In this document: piece after piece, positions 62,495-64,000 of the stretch
How the letters are laid out: every line of letters begins with the position of its first letter
How positions within the stretch are numbered: the stretch's first letter is position 1
Source: a virus
Virus record (IMG/VR): IMGVR_UViG_3300032893_002193
Coordinates: 1-64,000 of that record
DNA: 64,000 bases
Reading direction: 5' to 3' (one strand)
Program-made: the position numbers and the translations under genes
The notes under the pieces: model-generated
The model's database searches: none
Told to the model about the DNA's origin: nothing
The model's input: only the letters and a program-made list of their open reading frames with translations

Positions 62495-64000
62495 ATGACA
62501 AGGTTGCCAGTTTCCTCACAACAAAATAGATGGTTTAATACAGAGAATGTTGATGATACGGCATTAACTCTAGAGCAAAATTATAATAACCAAAAGTTTT
62601 CATCTATAATAAACAATCATTTTGGTTCGGGCGTTTTACTTGAATCCTTGGTGCCGAATACTATCTTTGATTCATCTTTAGTATCTGGATTGCTTGATGG
62701 TAAGGGAGTAAGTGTTCAGTTTCAACCATCAGATCAAAATCTTGGAAATCAATTATCTGTCTCACTCACTAATTCATTAGCAAAAGGAAAGAGAACTGTT
62801 AAAATACTTATTGTTGGATTGGATTTTCAAAACTCGCTACAATATGACACATTAATATTCTCTACAAATGAAGTTCAAATTACATCAAAGCATTATACCA
62901 AGGTTTTACAGTTATTTTTTAATGATTTTATAGGGGATCCGAAACAATCCTTTAATCTTGGTGGCAGAATTGTAATAACAGAAGCTCAAGCCATGACAAT
63001 TTCTCGTGATTGCAAAATGGTAGCTCAGGATGTAGAACCTAATATTTTTATGAGAGATTTTTATGTTACCGGCTCTAATACCCTATCGAATGTTCTTACA
63101 AATGCTCTGCCAAGCTATAATATCGATACATTAGATATAACTACTGGCTATAAACAGTTAAGAAGCATTATAGAAAACGATGTAACTTCACAAATAGGTC
63201 AGAAGTTTTTAGCTACCACAAATAATATTCAAAAAATTACATTATTAATGTCTGTAACGAACGGTATAAATCCAAACGATCTTGCTTGGACCGGAGATTT
63301 AATTATTAGCATATATCCGCTTCAATCTTCTATAACTTGCCTTACTGATATAACTCCATCGTTAGCAATAAACTTTCCACCATCAAATACTCCGGTAGCA
63401 CAATTAAGCACTAACTATGCTACTCTTCTTGCTAGCGGCGTTCAATTAAATACGGTTCCACAGCCAGTTGACTTTATTTTCAGCAATACTCCGGTTGGCT
63501 CAGGATTATCTATTGTATCTGGCAATTACTATATTGTGACCGTAAAGAGGGCAGGATCGGCTAATAAGTGCCAGATACAGCTTGCTAGCGGTAGTGATAG
63601 AGTAGCCAACTCTAATTTGGCGCTATATGATGGTAATTCATGGATTGATGTGCCCGAGGAAGATCTTTGGTTTCAGGTATGGACCGATGCTGCCAAGGTT
63701 TCTGATGGTCAGGCATATGATCAGGGAAATGGCATAATTATAGAAAAAACATATATAAGCCCATCTACAGGAGCAAATGCCGATTATTCATATAATCAGG
63801 TACAGCTCTCTAATAGCGACACTTATTATGCTGTAATGCAAGCCACTACGCTTCAATCTGGACAGGTTCAAGATCAGAGAACCGGCAATCCAGTAAATTC
63901 CAAGCAACAGTTTGTGCCGACATTATCTTTGATTAACTCTTTTGCTCTATTATCTTTACAAAATTCATCCAGTCCACTTATTCTTGGAACAATAGCAGAT
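62495..64000 (+). CDS. Baseplate/fibre-attachment structural protein, 3'-truncated (absent from the ORF track)
   Basis: ATG 62495 with a GAAGG RBS reads MTRLPVSSQQNRWFNTENVDDTALTLEQNY...NHFGSGV. The frame appears open to the window end (...LGTIAD, 502 codons); I spot-checked it rather than reading every codon. Confidence 0.75.
   Translation, partial: MTRLPVSSQQNRWFNTENVDDTALTLEQNYNNQKFSSIINNHFGSGVLLESLVPNTIFDSSLVSGLLDGKGVSVQFQPSDQNLGNQLSVSLTNSLAKGKRTVKILIVGLDFQNSLQYDTLIFSTNEVQITSKHYTKVLQLFFNDFIGDPKQSFNLGGRIVITEAQAMTISRDCKMVAQDVEPNIFMRDFYVTGSNTLSNVLTNALPSYNIDTLDITTGYKQLRSIIENDVTSQIGQKFLATTNNIQKITLLMSVTNGINPNDLAWTGDLIISIYPLQSSITCLTDITPSLAINFPPSNTPVAQLSTNYATLLASGVQLNTVPQPVDFIFSNTPVGSGLSIVSGNYYIVTVKRAGSANKCQIQLASGSDRVANSNLALYDGNSWIDVPEEDLWFQVWTDAAKVSDGQAYDQGNGIIIEKTYISPSTGANADYSYNQVQLSNSDTYYAVMQATTLQSGQVQDQRTGNPVNSKQQFVPTLSLINSFALLSLQNSSSPLILGTIAD

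Overview
A 64-kb, AT-rich (roughly 30% GC by eye), densely coding, almost entirely plus-strand segment that best fits the virion-morphogenesis region of a large or jumbo contractile-tailed (myovirus-type) bacteriophage using the standard code 11. No capsid, portal, terminase or replication genes fall in the window. Gene order from left to right: (1) the 3' part of a modular collagen-like (Gly-X-Y, Thr-rich) fibre gene ending in a BclA-C/C1q-like domain, whose true frame runs from before base 3 to 3503; (2) a contiguous nine-gene glycosylation cassette (GT2-TPR-GT4 fusion, two more GT4s, two O-methyltransferase-type enzymes, cupin, NDP-hexose C-methyltransferase, dTDP-glucose 4,6-dehydratase, Gfo/Idh/MocA reductase); (3) a patatin phospholipase, a cold-shock protein and small ORFs; (4) putative neck and head-associated proteins including two HExxH proteins; (5) tailspike/fibre genes and a holin-like gene; (6) a contractile tail module (completion protein, sheath, tube, chaperone with a -1 frameshift, tape measure, tube initiator, hub, spike, gp25-like, baseplate J, a giant LamG wedge protein and a truncated further baseplate gene). 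The best candidate for a new system is a phage-encoded, spore-nap-like protein glycosylation system: a BclA-like collagen fibre next to a TPR glycosyltransferase and a branched methyl-deoxysugar pathway. It is accompanied by a recurrent DGY tripeptide concentrated in predicted outer virion proteins. Other signals are two recurrent intergenic promoter-like motifs (TAATATTnnnGCAT and TTGATATAT), an (AT)18 expansion of one of them, a strongly hydrophobic protein where a PAAR tip gene would be expected, and domains shared between sheath and baseplate. All functional calls come from motif recognition and synteny by eye; no database searches were run.
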